Source of the DNA: Dimorphilus gyrociliatus | Taxonomy: Eukaryota > Animalia > Annelida | DNA: 64,000 nt | Direction of reading: 5' to 3' | Assembly: GCA_904063045.1 (NCBI GenBank) | Contig: CAJFCJ010000026.1 | Location: forward strand, 801,717 to 865,716 | Shown here: positions 11,856 through 24,445 of the stretch, piece after piece | Layout: every line of letters starts with the position of its first letter | Position numbering within the stretch: the stretch's first letter is position 1 | Notes under the pieces: generated by a model | Told to the model about the DNA's origin: nothing | The model's input: the letters and a program-made list of their open reading frames with translations, nothing else | Databases searched by the model: none | Position numbers and translations under genes: made by a program

Positions 11856-13279
11856 CAGTGCTGAAAAAATTGTTTCGTACGACTGACTGTTTTGTAAGAG
11901 CTATTTGAAAGGTAAATTTGACTATAATATAGGAAATTTTGTCTAGTTTTCAAGTAATTTTCAGATTCTTTCTACCTCCATATGCCCCCCTATAAAATAT
12001 GATCTACGAGTAGTTTTTTACAAATACTCAATGAATATGATAGGCATAAACTGTATAATAACAATAGGCTAGTGTGAAAAGAACATTTGAAGGTGGTGTA
12101 TAGTCAAGAAATTAAGAGTTTAAATAAAAAATAACACGAAGAAGGATTATCCTACAGGAAGACTTTAGAATTATTGAAAATTCCAAAGTCTTCAATTCAA
12201 TACATTTTGAAGCCAACTAATTTAAAAAGTGGAGGTGTCGGTAGACCAAGATCTCTTTCAAATAGAGATAGAACCCTCATGAAGAGGGAGATAAATAAAT
12301 TGAAAGAAGAGAAACAGAGGGTTACGAGTACAAACCTGGCATTCAACTCCAACCTAACAGTATCAAAGAAGTGCAATCCCTCAGAATCCCCCTTTAAAGA
12401 AGAAAAATAGACTTAAACGAGTAGAAATATGTAGAGCCTGGTTCAAAAATATATAGACTTGGACAAAATAATCATCTCTGATGAGTGTAGATTTAGTTTA
12501 GATGCACCAGACAATTTTCAAGCGTGGCAGTTCAATCCAGAAAAAGAAAATTTGAGAAGTAAACATTCAATGGGTGGTGGAGGAGTCATGATCTGGGGAT
12601 GTATGGAGCCAGATGGTTTCTTGCATATTTCTGGAATTGAAAAAAAGTGCACTAATGGATGGTACTTGGCCATGGTAATGCCATTCCTAAAAAAAAAGAT
12701 ATGGGAAGAATTTCATTTTCTAGCAAGACAATGCGCCTTGCCACAAGGCCAAAATTGTCCTAAAATATTTTGAGACTGGAAAGTTCAAAGTCTTACCTTG
12801 GCCAGCTTACTCCCCAAATCTCTCTCCTATAGAGAATGTATGACATATGTTAAAGAACCTGGTGTACGATGGCCCATAATTTAATAAAAAGGAAACTTTG
12901 CGGAGGTGTATCCAAGAAAAAGTCGAAGCATTAAATAAAAGACGGAGGAGGGATTTAATTACCTTTCATAATTCACTGCTAAAGAGAGGACTGGACTGTA
13001 TTTAAAAAAAATGGCTTGAAGCTAAAATATTAATATTTGTAAATGTATGCTTAATTAAAAAATGTATAAAATATGGGGGGGGCATACAGAAAATTGGCTT
13101 GACTTTTCCAAATAATTTGTAAACTAGGAGAGGTGGAAAGTATCTGAAAATTACTTATAAAACTAGACAAAATTTCCAATATTATAGTCAATTTTTTTTT
13201 AAAAAAATGCTATTGATTACCCTTTAAAATAGCCCTTACAAAAAAAAGTCGGTCATAAGAAACAATTCTTTCAGCACTG
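11856..13279 (+). mobile_element. Full-length but dead Tc1 element, DD34E, long TIRs
   Basis: Ends CAGTGCTGAAA...TTTCAGCACTG|TA. TIR similarity extends ~140 bp (5') and ~205 bp (3'). Pieces: GRPRSL (12174), IIISDECRF (12459), and QDNAPCH...WPAYSPNLSPIE with 34 residues between D and E. Frameshifts and stops. Confidence 0.92.
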
Positions 13280-13283
13280 TATT

Positions 13284-13970
13284 ATGCCTAAAGTGTCTGT
13301 AGAATTGATACTACCCTTTATCGTAAGGAAAATGCTTATTTCCTACTACAAAAGCCAGTCAATTGTAAAATATCTCAACTGGAAATTCAACTCCCCTTAC
13401 TCTCCACACAAAATGGGGGTCGTCGAAAGAATAATCGACCTGATAAAGGAACGACAACGCCTGAACGCGAAATGCTGCACGGAATTGTTCAATAAGATAC
13501 ACAATAGAACCAAATGGTATGAAAACAGGTATAAGATGAACATACAACTCGGCGACCTCGTTCTATACCTGGACCAAAGATCTATGTATAAGTTAAATTT
13601 GGGATACATCACACGCAAAGTCGCGGAGCATACCTTCGAGATTGACACTGGACGCAGCAATATCGAGAGAGACGCAAGAGATATAATTCCCTACTTAACA
13701 AAAGAGTCTCTTTCTGTGCCTCTCTCTTCGGCGATGAGCCCAACGACTAGTCTTGACTACGTGCCATCCTCATACCTTACGATTCTACGTTACGTTATTA
13801 TTATTTTAAATGTCCTATCTAAGACAATAACATTTTTTCTATGTCATTCATCCGCAACACATCTACCTTTAATTATCATTTAAGATTACTAGTATAAACC
13901 TTCACGCGTTATATTAGTAAAAGTCGAAGAATAGCAATAGCGTACGATCGTAGTTCATTCAACGACTACA
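13284..13970 (+). mobile_element. BEL/Pao lineage B relic: integrase C-terminus and terminal box
   Basis: ORF 13284-13883 has WKFNSPYSPHKMGVVERII and CCTELF...ERDARDIIPYL, about two-thirds identical to the 33770 ORF end. The 3' part aligns to 36380-36471 and ends TCAACGACTACA at 13970. Confidence 0.9.
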
Positions 13971-14319
13971 CTATAACATATCTCTTGATAATTAAGAAGA
14001 GGAACGATAATATGTAAATTATATTCATTGAGAATATTGAGAAATCTATAGGAATATTTGAGAATTATGCAGAGGAAGGAAACGCTTTGTTGTCAAAAAT
14101 TGTGATGGAATTTGAAAAATGGTGTTTTTTCATGAACCAGAAACAAAGAGAGCTTCAAAATAATAACCAATGTTGAACGACCATCAAAATAAGTAAAGGA
14201 AGCTAAATATTTAGAACAACTAATGGTCAGTTTCTTTTTTGTGATAGGAAAGCTATTTATTATATTCCGATAATTAAACAGAAGTTAACGCAAAAAAGAA
14301 TGAATAGAGCCGAACGCAA

Positions 14320-14661
14320 TAAATAATTGCATGTTCTATTCGGAAAAAGAGTGTCCCGAAATGCTTCCTGCTTTTTTACAATAGTGACGGAAAAAAATTA
14401 TAGAATTATATCTAAAATGTATCAATAAAATCAATACTCTATCTGACATTCTTTGATCGTTAAAAAGCGAAGGATAATACGCAAATTAAATTAATTCAAC
14501 AGGACGATATTAGGAATAGGAAATCACGAGGTATTATACAATTACAAACAAATGTATTTCACTTCCTAAAATTAATTTAACCAACAGAGAATGAAAGAAA
14601 ATACGAGACAGCTGAATATATGTTTTTTAAACAATTAAATCAATACGATAACATGAGGAAA
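14320..14661. repeat. 342-bp direct duplication (partner 29408-29749)
   Basis: No differences seen; offset 15088 at both ends. Confidence 0.95.
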
Positions 14662-14829
14662 GACAGTACCGATACCCTATTTTTGGCCACTGGGCTATTT
14701 TCTATAATAATTAAGATTTTTTTCTTCAACATTAATTTGACAATGCAATAATATAACATGGAGATTGTCATTTTGTAATCAACAGATTCTACTAGTTCAA
14801 TTTTTTTATTTCACTCTTTTAATAACAAA

Positions 14830-15750
14830 AAATTTTAAAAAAGCTGAAAATTTCAAGAGGATCTGTCCAGTATATCATTAAAAAGTATAAAAAGCATGGA
14901 ACGATAAATAACTTGTCAAAATTATGCACCCCAAAGATTCTGACAGACAGGGAGGAGAGAAAAATCTGTCAGATCTCAAAAAAGAATCTTTTTTTCACGG
15001 CAAGGAATGTCGTTGACCATTCAGGACTGGCTTCGAAATATCCTTATCCACCTGCAAAAAGGTTCTACAAAAGAATAAGCTAAGAGGCTTTGTTGCCAGC
15101 TCTAAAGCCTTCCCATGCAAGAAACCGGAAGCTATTTTGTGAAAAGATGCTGAGCAAGAGTCAAGAGGAGGTAAACAATATCATCTTTTCCAACGAGACT
15201 CGAATAGAACTGTATCCAAAAAGGAGAATTTGGGTACGCAGGAGCGGGAGCAGTAGCAAACGATATGACCCCAAATTCATAAAAAAGCCATTAAAACAGC
15301 AAATGTTTCTATTTCCATATGGGGATGTATAAAGGCAGATGGGACAAGGTCAATGAAATTGTACGATGGCTATATGAACAGTAGCTTGTATCAAGAAATT
15401 ATCATAGAGAAGCTTCTTCCGATATACACTGAGGATAATCTGCTTATGCAGGATGGTACAAAGTGTCACACATCGGTTTCAACTATGAGGTTTATGAGGA
15501 GGAACAAAATAAAAGTTTTAGGCGACTGGCCTTCTAGAAGCCCAGAACTAAATGTGATTGAAAACTTGTGGGCGTATTTGAAAAATCGCTTGCCAAACCA
15601 TGTCCTAGAGACAAAAGAAGATTTGTGGAAGGCAGTAGAAGAGGAGTTTCATAAAATTCCAAATTGATATATCCGAAACTTATATAAAAGTTTTCACAGG
15701 AGACTCAGACTTTGTATCAGAAATAAAGGTTATAATATCAGGTACTAAAG
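14830..15750 (+). mobile_element. Tc1-like transposase pseudogene, DD35E spacing
   Basis: KISRGSVQYIIKKY HTH; IIFSNE (first Asp mutated); LMQDG...WPSRSPELNVIE with 35 residues between D and E; ends NKGYNIRY*. Frameshifted. Confidence 0.9.
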
Positions 15751-15845
15751 AAAGAGTAAATTGATTATTTGAAGTATTATAGGTTATACGTTAACAAATT
15801 GTAAAAAAAAACATATTTCCTACCTTTTCTCAAGAATTTTTTAAT

Positions 15846-16537
15846 AAATATGTCAATCGAATTACACCTATTGCTGTAATTCATTGATAGTTATAAAGTC
15901 GAATGATGGTACGCATAAAAATTAATAAACCTTCCCTCGAAAATGACCTATTTTATTGATATTAGGAATAGGAATCACACCGAAAGGTACAATTACTGTA
16001 ATTCTGCCACTTCAGATTACTGTCGGCTTTGGAAAGTTTTCGGATTGATGAGGATGAATTTGAGCAATTTTCTTTAAATGAACAAAGCCATTAAAACTGG
16101 AAGAATACACGAATTAACAAGTAAATTGTGCGTGATGTTATGATGACAGATACAAAAGAATTAATGCTGTATCTGTGATCTAACATGACGAAATCCACTG
16201 ATGATACAACAAACGAAGATATGATTTGACGCAAACCTGTTGCACTTGAACAGTATCTTCCCTTAAATAAGAGTAGCAGACCTAAAAATACGATCTTTCC
16301 GAATACCAAAAAGGAAAGGATACCTATCTACGCTAGTTTAAGCCTCTGGTAATTTTGCTAATCACAGAATGTTAGCCCTTGTTGACACTGGTGTTACTCC
16401 CTAATAAGTCGTCGATTTTTCCTGCAAACCGAATCAATGTACAGCGATGAATGCACGTTAACAACGATTTCCAAGCCATCTTAACCGAGAACGTAAAGTT
16501 TATCTTTTTTGTATTGTGTAGAAACTGCGATGTTTAC
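15846..16537. repeat. 692-bp direct duplication (partner 31172-31863)
   Basis: One mismatch seen; offset 15326, also shown by identical ORFs 16091/31417. Confidence 0.95.
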
Positions 16538-16590
16538 GCATATATTGTTGATTCTTCACCTTTGATGCAAAGTCAGCTAGCTATATACTG
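16300..16590 (+). mobile_element. BEL/Pao lineage B aspartic protease relic
   Basis: ASGNFANHRMLALVDTG..SLISRR and VNNDFQAILTENVKFIF...DVYAYIVD align with ASGKSTNHKITALLDTGAAVSLISRQ and VNNDFQTITSEKVKVIF...DVDAYVVD in ORF 32290. Confidence 0.85.
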
Positions 16591-17128
16591 TATATTCACA
16601 GAAGATGAAGATGAATTAGGACAAGGAATCATACGGAAAGATACAATTTCTATGGTTTTGGCCCATCAAACTACACTGATTTTGGGAAGCTTTCCGGTTG
16701 ATGAGGATGCAGTTCAGCCTTTTTTTATAATGAGCAACGCCTGCCTAAAAATTGGGATAATTAAAGTGATAATTTATTAAATTGAGGTAGAAATTGCACT
16801 CTTAAATATTGTAACTAACTTGTTTTTCAAAGCAGAGTTAATTGATGGAGTAGGAATGAGGATAAATAATGTTATTCAGGGAGATAGAACATCTCTATAA
16901 CCATAGAAGCAACAGAATCTTTAAAAGAAATATTTAAGATTTTTATGATTAGAAATAAGACAAGGATCGTGAAAATTGAAGAATATTTCTCATCTTTTCA
17001 ATAAAGCATAGATGAATATGTAGTATAGTCTTTACTAAAATAATTTAGACAATACCACCTATTCATTTTGGTTGTTTTAGAACAATCAACTAGTGTTTAC
17101 GTGGAAGATAAATAAGAAAATGTTATTT

Positions 17129-17510
17129 AAAGAGTTTTATTAAAAGTGTGATTACTTTGTATTGATGTATTGATGACACAACGTCAATTTTACGGATGAA
17201 TTGAAATTGAATGGAAAGGGACCTAGTAATCCTTTTACTAAGAGATATTGTATCTACGATACTGAAATCATATGGAAAAGATTTTCGAATGAATGAAAGA
17301 TTTCTCTTGTATTGTTGTTAAGCCCAGGTTAAAAGGCGATGATTGATAGCCTGTTAAGTGAATGTTACATAATTGCAAACTTAAAGGACATAATGCCGCA
17401 AGGAAACCTGCTCTAAAGGCATGCCATGGAAGAAAGAGGAAAATGTTTTGTTAGAATATGCTGGACAAGTCACAAGATGATATTAAGGAAATTATTTGTT
17501 CAGATGAAGC
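17129..17510 (+). mobile_element. Tc1-like fragment, inverted copy of 2461-2824
   Basis: 364 bp exact reverse-complement match; ends KEIICSDEA. Confidence 0.85.
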
Positions 17511-17716
17511 TAAGAATGTTTTTCCTTAACATTTATATAATGTATACAGTACGGATGACCTAATTGAAGCACTACTGTATTGTTTTATAAAAGTAACTAT
17601 TTTTTTGACTCTGATATTAGTAAGATATTTTTGAACATAACTTATCTATGTTAAAGCAGAAAATTAGTAAGTTTTTGTAAATGTCCTCTAAATTGGCCGG
17701 ACAACAAAAAGACCCG

Positions 17717-18025
17717 TTATTTCTTATACACAGTCGAAGTATTTTTAAAACTTTTATATAAGTTTTTTATATACCAATTAGGTATTTTTTGAAACTCATC
17801 CTCCACTGCTGTCCACAAATCATGCTTGTTGTTTATATTATGTTTTGGTATACGATTTTTTACGTAAGCCCATAAATTTTCGATTATGTTGAGCTCAGGG
17901 CTGTTGGCTGGCCAATCTTTCAGTACTTTTATATTTTCTTTTCTTAAAAATTTAGATGTTGAGGCCAAAGTATGGCACTTTGCTCCATCTTGCATTAATC
18001 TTCCATCTTTCTCATACATTTTCCG
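17717..18025 (-). mobile_element. Tc1-like transposase C-terminal fragment, DD35E
   Basis: LMQDGAKCH...DWPANSPELNIIENLW with 35 residues between D and E. Open frame; orientation opposite to the adjacent N-terminal fragment. Confidence 0.9.
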
Positions 18026-18151
18026 ATTGCAATGTCTATAGTCGGCATTTTGCATGTAAATGAAGCATTAACATACTTACTGGGGGATGAAACAATAGAA
18101 AATTATATTTTTCCCACAGAATTCACAATGTGCTTCAGCAAAAATGCTGAC

Positions 18152-18308
18152 CGGCAAATTTAGAGGATATTTACAAGAACTTAACTAACCCTAACCCCAA
18201 GACCTAACCCTTACAGAGGAAGGAACGTAGAATTGATTCTAGGTCTTCCTTTGATACATTTTATTTATAGATTTGCTATACTTGAACAGGTTATCCTCTA
18301 AATTGGCG
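18152..18308. mobile_element. MITE-like element with CCTAAC-rich interior
   Basis: Inverted ends CGGCAAATTTAGAGGATA / TATCCTCTAAATTGGCG with a 13-bp perfect core. Interior TAACCCTAACCC and CCTAACCC. A third end copy lies at 17684-17700. Confidence 0.6.
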
Positions 18309-18789
18309 TAGAATAACAGTAACGAATACCTGATCTTAAGGTTACAACTGCCGAATATCAGGAATAGGTGTAACAACCACTTGCGACCTACGTCTTTTTC
18401 AAAGCGCCATAGCTCCTAAACGGCTGGGCCGATTTGGCTCAAATTTTGTACAGAGATTGGTTCGTACCAAATTTCAAACTCACTTGATAAAGGGTTAATT
18501 AACCCGAAATATTATGAGTGATTTTAATTGGAGATATTGTTATATATTGCAATACAGGTTCTCTTCAACTGTTGAAAAGACAAAAAAGACTTGGTCAATT
18601 TAGTAATGATGAATTAAGATGAATTTATCTATATGAATTATGCTTTTGAAGAGAATCTGACCAATTTGGATGCATAGAGTTTTAGTGCTAGCGTTATGGT
18701 CAACGACTACACAGTTATAAGAAAAAAAAAGACAAAAGAAACCGATATATGCTTATGATCTTGAGGCAGTGTGGATGTATATGAGAGAA

Positions 18790-18985
18790 GAATGAATGAG
18801 AGTGTGTCATGTATTGAGACAGGCCAGGCGACTCGGGTTCATATCATTGTCGGGCAGCTTGACGTAATATCACGTCACAGATGAGATCAAGTCGAACCAA
18901 ACGATGTGGCTCAAACGTGGCACCTCAAAAAATGGGCAGAGTCAAAGACCCAGTTGAAAGATACAAAAAAATATGTAGACAAGAC
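18790..18985 (+). repeat. Diverged homolog of the LTR-like/hairpin unit at 38010-38220, directly upstream of gag
   Basis: AACGATGTGGCTCAAACGTGGCACC..AATGGGCAGAGTCAAAGACCCAGTT aligns with AACGACGTGGCGCGAACGTTGCACC..AATGAGCACAGTCAAGCACCCAGTT. Confidence 0.65.
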
Positions 18986-21530
18986 TGAGAATAGCAGCGC
19001 AAATGGAACGTATTTTTCAAATGATTGATTCTACCCAAACAGACTCGACTAAAGAATCATGTAAAAGTTACACAAGAGATAGAACAATCTTCAACGGTCG
19101 AACTTTGAACATTTGAAAAATTCAAATTCATCAGAACCGAGAAAATGACGGAACGCTATACACAAATGAGAGACGAAATGACGAATGCTCCTCATCATAC
19201 AAATTCAACTCCAGAATTGATATACTGAGAAATAAGCAAATTACTCCGTCTGAAAAGTTCAATGGCGTTAATTATCGGAACTTTCGAAGGAATATTATCG
19301 TTCCCTTATCAGAAGTCAACACCGATGATTCCGAAAGATAACAGATTCTAAAGCGGTGAATAGTGAATGTAGCAGCATATTACGATATGATTAATGACAA
19401 AGGCGGTAAGGAGAATTTTTCCGAAACCTCATTCATACTCTAGATTTAATCTATGGCGATACCTCCCTGAACGGAGGAAACCTAGTACAATAAATCCTCA
19501 ACAAAACAAATACATTCCAACCTAATAATATCTCCGATTGGGTTGAGTTTAAAACACTTCTTGCGTTCCTGAAACTGCAACGCAAGATGAATCTCCAAAT
19601 TCAGAGAGCAAGGCTAAAATTAGAAATCCACAAACTACATCATCTAGAAAATTAATGGTCCAACAAAAGCGACTTCTCCTAGCTCATCATCGAATACAAA
19701 TTCGAAATGTCTATGTGTAGACAACCATACATGCTTAGCCTACTGTCCGTCCTATAAACGAATACAAATCTAGAGGGTAAAATGAGATTGGTTCAAACTC
19801 TAAATTGATGTCGTAATTGCTTACGAAAAACAGCTACCCATGTGATATCTGTCCCCCCAAGTTCTATTGTAACAAATGTAATCAACCCAACCATACATCA
19901 CTCCATCATAAGGACTCGACAATCCCAAGACCAACATTTCCTGTTAATATCAATCAATCTGGCTATAACAATGATAGAATACCGATCTACGAAGTACAAG
20001 TTCCACGAGATTATTACTCTGATACAATGACGAATACATAAAAAGAATCCAGACTCTATGCGACAACAAGTATGCCCGAACCAAGAAGTTAAATTTTACC
20101 TTCCTCACCACAGCGTTAACAACTCGAAAAAGGATTCCATTGAAAACAGCCACCCCCCCCCCCTATCGGCTCAAGAGAAGGCTCTAATTTTCAAATCCTT
20201 CTATATGGATGACCTTATGCTCATAGGTAATAATGAGAGAGAGTTGGAGAATCTTGCCTATCGCCTACACGACAAACTTGCCGCCAAAGACTAACCCCTA
20301 ACAAAATATACCACTAGTAGCCTATGGATCAGTTCAAACTCATATTTACAAATTAATCTGATTGAAACTCTTATGAAGATTGCTGGCCTTACATACCATC
20401 CCGATTCAGACGATATGCGAGTCGAACTTACCCACTGGGAGCCCGAACGTCAATTGACGAAACGTCACTTTCTACTCCTTTTTTGGATTTTTAGAACCAA
20501 ATAAATTACGAATTAAAGTCTTAATTTCGTTATTTCATGGTTTGTCATGAGGTCCATGACTGTCGCATTATCAACACTATTGCTGAAACTGCTGGCACTT
20601 ATTCCAATTCTAGACGACTGCCCCTGCCGATGCTATCCACGTCTATGCTGACGCCTCGGACATAGCTTACATATGTTATCCACAATAACCATGGATTTCT
20701 CTTATCGTCATCTTCTCGCCTCTTCTCCACGTCAAGAGCAGAATTGACGGCAGCGGTACGAGCAGCAAACTTTATAAAACCCTAAAATCAATATTTCCGC
20801 AATCACTTATCAGGGTATTCATAGACAGTAAAATCGTCCTAGAAAAATCACTACTTGCCACTGAAAACAATACGGAATGGTGTTTTAACCGCCCCCCGCC
20901 CCCCCGGAAAACAACCCAGCTGACAAAATGACGAAGACGAGAAGGATGAGAGAGGAGTGGATAGTATTTAAAACGAAAAATCAAGATGAATCAAACAAAG
21001 GAATCTATAAAAAGGATTCTGGCCCAATATGCGCTCTACAATGTCTTGGGTCTCAAGACTCTTTAATAATTGTCGTACACCATCGAAAGATAGGCTAAGA
21101 GATCCAAAGACAACAACATCCGAATTAGGCCGAGCCCAATGGGGTCCAGCTTTCTATGCCAATCGAGAGATTAATAAATTCGTATTCCCTTGCAAAGAGA
21201 GAGGACGGCATCTACACAACACTAGGGAGATCAGATAAACTGAGAGACAAAAAGAAAATAATTGCGGATGATCGTCATTCCATTATCACAAAATTTATAA
21301 AATATATTCACTATGATTGTAATCATACATCTCTTAAAATAATTGATTCAATCATATCCGACTCTGCTCTAACCTTTCGAAAATTATATCGAACAATAGA
21401 TCAACACTACAAAACAAACAATCGAACGTCAAGTATCTGTCGTGGAAATTTTTAGCTCCCCATATTCCTAATAGGTCTCATCAAAACGATGCTCTCAACA
21501 AGCGTGCCTCTACCTGAGAGACTGACTATA
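18985..21530 (+). mobile_element. BEL/Pao lineage B relic with multiple internal deletions (gag, RT, RNase H, integrase pieces)
   Basis: KCLCVDNHTCLAYCP...CNKCNQPNHTSLHH; KFYLPHH; KSFYMDDL; HVYADASDIAY; SRAELTAA; MPIERLINSY. Each matches the 32-36 kb element. Confidence 0.9.
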
Positions 21531-21779
21531 AGCCTTACGTCAAGGATTTAATATTGTGTTTTTGGCTTAGAAGATATACGGGGAGATATTCTTGTTTATT
21601 TCCTAAAAATATGTTCTTCTCTCTCCTAATATCGCTCTCTTCATTTGGTTTCGAGCCAATCTGCAAATACTGCTTTTTCACAATCTAAAACGATATATTT
21701 TTGAAATCTGAACTTAAAATGTTATGTAGATCAATAAAATCACATCATTCTTTTCAAAGGTTTCCTTAGAAGGACAATC

Positions 21780-23430
21780 ATCATAGCTGTTCCATGTTCC
21801 ATTATCATATTAATCATGCCCAGAGGATCGTAGACCTTTGAAATTAATTATGCTTAATGCCTTCCTGTACATGCTCCCTCCCTTTAGGGTTAGGTCCAAG
21901 TTCCATTTAATTTTATCCTCTACAATGTCGTACTTCAACCACAATACGCCCTCAGCAGGAGCATCAACGCTCCTCTCTCGTGATATGATTTCCTAAATCA
22001 TACTACAGTTGATATCATTTTTAGTCAAACGGAAGTAATCTCCGAGAGCTTGTAGGACTTTACTCGTCACCTTCATCAGTCCCTGTGTAGCGTATCTCTC
22101 CTTTCTCCCCATTATTTTCAAAGTATATTTATTTGCTTCTCATTTATCTGTCTCAAAGCTCCTGTTCTGACTAGGGTAATGTCTGCTGCCGTATCCAGGA
22201 CATTTCTCAGCGTTGATTTGGTTGAGAGGTGAATTTTTGCATTCCTTATAGATTTTGCGTCCTCCTTTACGATGGATGCAATTTTCTCAACAGTGATTTC
22301 GCCCCCATCCTCTCTAATCTTGCACTATCAGAATTTTATTTGACTTGCCCATACTTTCTATGTAAATACTTTAATGCATTACTATGCCCGTCCTCTGGCT
22401 CCTTCTGATATTCATTCAGCTCTTTCTTGAGCTCTTGACTCACTTGCGCTGTCAATAAGGCCAGCTTGCCCCAATCTCTCACATCAAACTGGTCTACTAG
22501 TTGTTTAAGATCCATCATAAAGGCCTTGAAATGAGTGATGTCACCCTTAAATACGGGTCTGGTAGCTGATAGCCGTTTCTCAAAGGTAGTGCATGGTTGT
22601 TTTTGGCATTGTGGCTAAGAGAGTCGTTGACAATACCTTTCTGATGTCTCGTACAGTCCCATTGGCCTCAGCATCTCTGTGGGGCCCGCTCGTTCCCTCA
22701 TATGTAGGTCGTCAGCGGCTGATTTTCTTTGACTTATAGCCGTAGGCAACAATGGTTGAGTCTTGCGCTTCAACTCCTTAGCTTCAGACTTGAGTTTCTT
22801 GACATCCCTCTCAATTCTCTCTTGGAGGGTTTCCATCTGCTCCTTTCGGACAGTTCCTTCTAATTTTGCGTTGACTTGCTCATTCAGCTTTCCGCTCATG
22901 GTCTCCATTTTATGTCTTATGGAGGTACCCAATCAAATTTCAAGATTTTCCATGCCTCTTTCCATATCCTCACGTATCATTCCCCTAAAGCTGTTGTGTC
23001 AAATTTTTTTTGGCTGGATGTAGGTCATTCATCACTGATTGATGCCCTAGAACCATCTTCTCTTGTCCTATAGCGTCTAATTCTTCCTGATTTAGTAGAT
23101 CTTCATCTTGTGTAAGCTAGTCGTTCATCCTTACTCTCTGATGTCGTCTTGATTGGTTTTACATGCCTCTTCATGAGATTGACTAGACGTTCTCCCTTCT
23201 GCTTTACCTATCGACATCTCTGATTGAGACTCCCCATTATAGACATCCAACATCCTCGCTACCATATTCTTCTAATCTGTGACCATTTTGTCCGCCGTCA
23301 ACTGATCTATCCCAAGTTTCAACTCAGTCGAGGGCAAGTAGCCGTCTTGTATATCCGGATATGCTGTGATAGCATAATGTTCTCTACTTTCTTTTTGATT
23401 ATTATCATTCAAACAGTCCCAAGATGAAGT
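21780..23430 (-). mobile_element. BEL/Pao lineage A relic (gag DUF1759-like, protease, RT/RNase H junction), heavily deleted
   Basis: PVFKGDITHFKAFMMDLKQLV...ALKYLHRKYG; VLDTAADITLV; GVLWLKYDIVED...ISKVYDPLG. Confidence 0.85.
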
Positions 23431-24179
23431 CTCTGCCAGGGTTGTTCTTAGAGTAGAAAAAGTGAATAATTTAACAAATAGGACTTGCTTAATTATCTTT
23501 TACTGGATAAAACATTCATACAACCGAATTTATAGATAGAACTCATTAAGAAATTTCTCTTACCATACAGTAATCTTTATTTACGAATTTTCACTAAAAC
23601 GGAAGAGAACCAGTTACTGTCTTGTTCCCAAAAAAAACTGATAAAATTTCATTTTCAATTTAATAGTTTATTGGATATCTTTTACTTTGGATCACAAGGC
23701 GACGTTTTTTAGTGATTTATACTGTATCAACTTTTTATATAATCCATTGGAATAGAAAAAAATTCATCCAAATTTTTTGCTATTTTTTCATATAAACTTT
23801 TAAGATATCTATTATTATTATATTATCTATATTTATCCTCTTTTCTGTATCTCATTCTGACCGTTTATCTTGGATAAAGATCAAATGTCGTTTCGTCTGA
23901 GTAGCTTTGAAGCTCATCAACAGACACTCTTTTTCCTCCGTTTTAACTATTTAAAATAATTCTCCAATTCGATCAAATGATAAGAATACTGATCATGTAT
24001 TTTCTTTCTTCCTTTTATTTATCAACATTCTTTACTCAAGCTTTCTCGACTGCAAAATCACCTTCGCGGCAATATTACTTCCGTATGAAAGTTGAATTAG
24101 TATTCTCGTTCCTCTTTTTTAAACCTATCAACGGATCACAGATAAGGCATTAGTTCCTATGACCCAGTATGGAATAATC

Positions 24180-24445
24180 CATGTCCATTGAGTTTTGTTT
24201 GTGTTACCACAAGATTACACACTTTGCTCATTAGTTCGTGCATTCTTCCAGATTCTTCCAGCAAATTTATTCCACGCTCATGATCAGAATAAAAGATCCA
24301 AGTTTTGTTATCGGTTAAAATGGCTTGGAAATCGTGATTAACGTGCATTCATCGCGGTAATTCGGTTTACAGGATCCTCATCAATCGGAAAACTTTCAAA
24401 AGTCACAGTAATCTGAGGAGGCAGCACTACAGCAATTGTACTTTT
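24180..24445 (-). repeat. Inverted mosaic copy of the 30.1-30.6 kb region
   Basis: 24311-24445 is the exact reverse complement of 30128-30262 (135 bp). It is joined to ~55 bp matching ~30523-30577. Confidence 0.9.

Noticed and set aside
16091-16309. Identical 72-aa ORFs here and at 31417, and ORF pairs 6557/26628, 8546/27837, 8668/27959
   Set aside because: Identity reflects recent DNA duplication; composition is not protein-like and no motifs are present.
18072-18090. ATACTTAC-TGGGGG resembling the U1 snRNA 5' end
   Set aside because: Similarity stops after ~11 nt; it is better explained as a minus-strand GTAAGTAT splice-donor-like sequence.
18693-18712. Full solo LTR on the minus strand
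   Set aside because: Only ~20 nt match the 11000 box start; the rest does not align by eye.
23425-23450. PBS (TGGCAG) after a possible LTR end on the minus strand
   Set aside because: Only about 6 nt match a tRNA 3' end and no partner LTR is visible.
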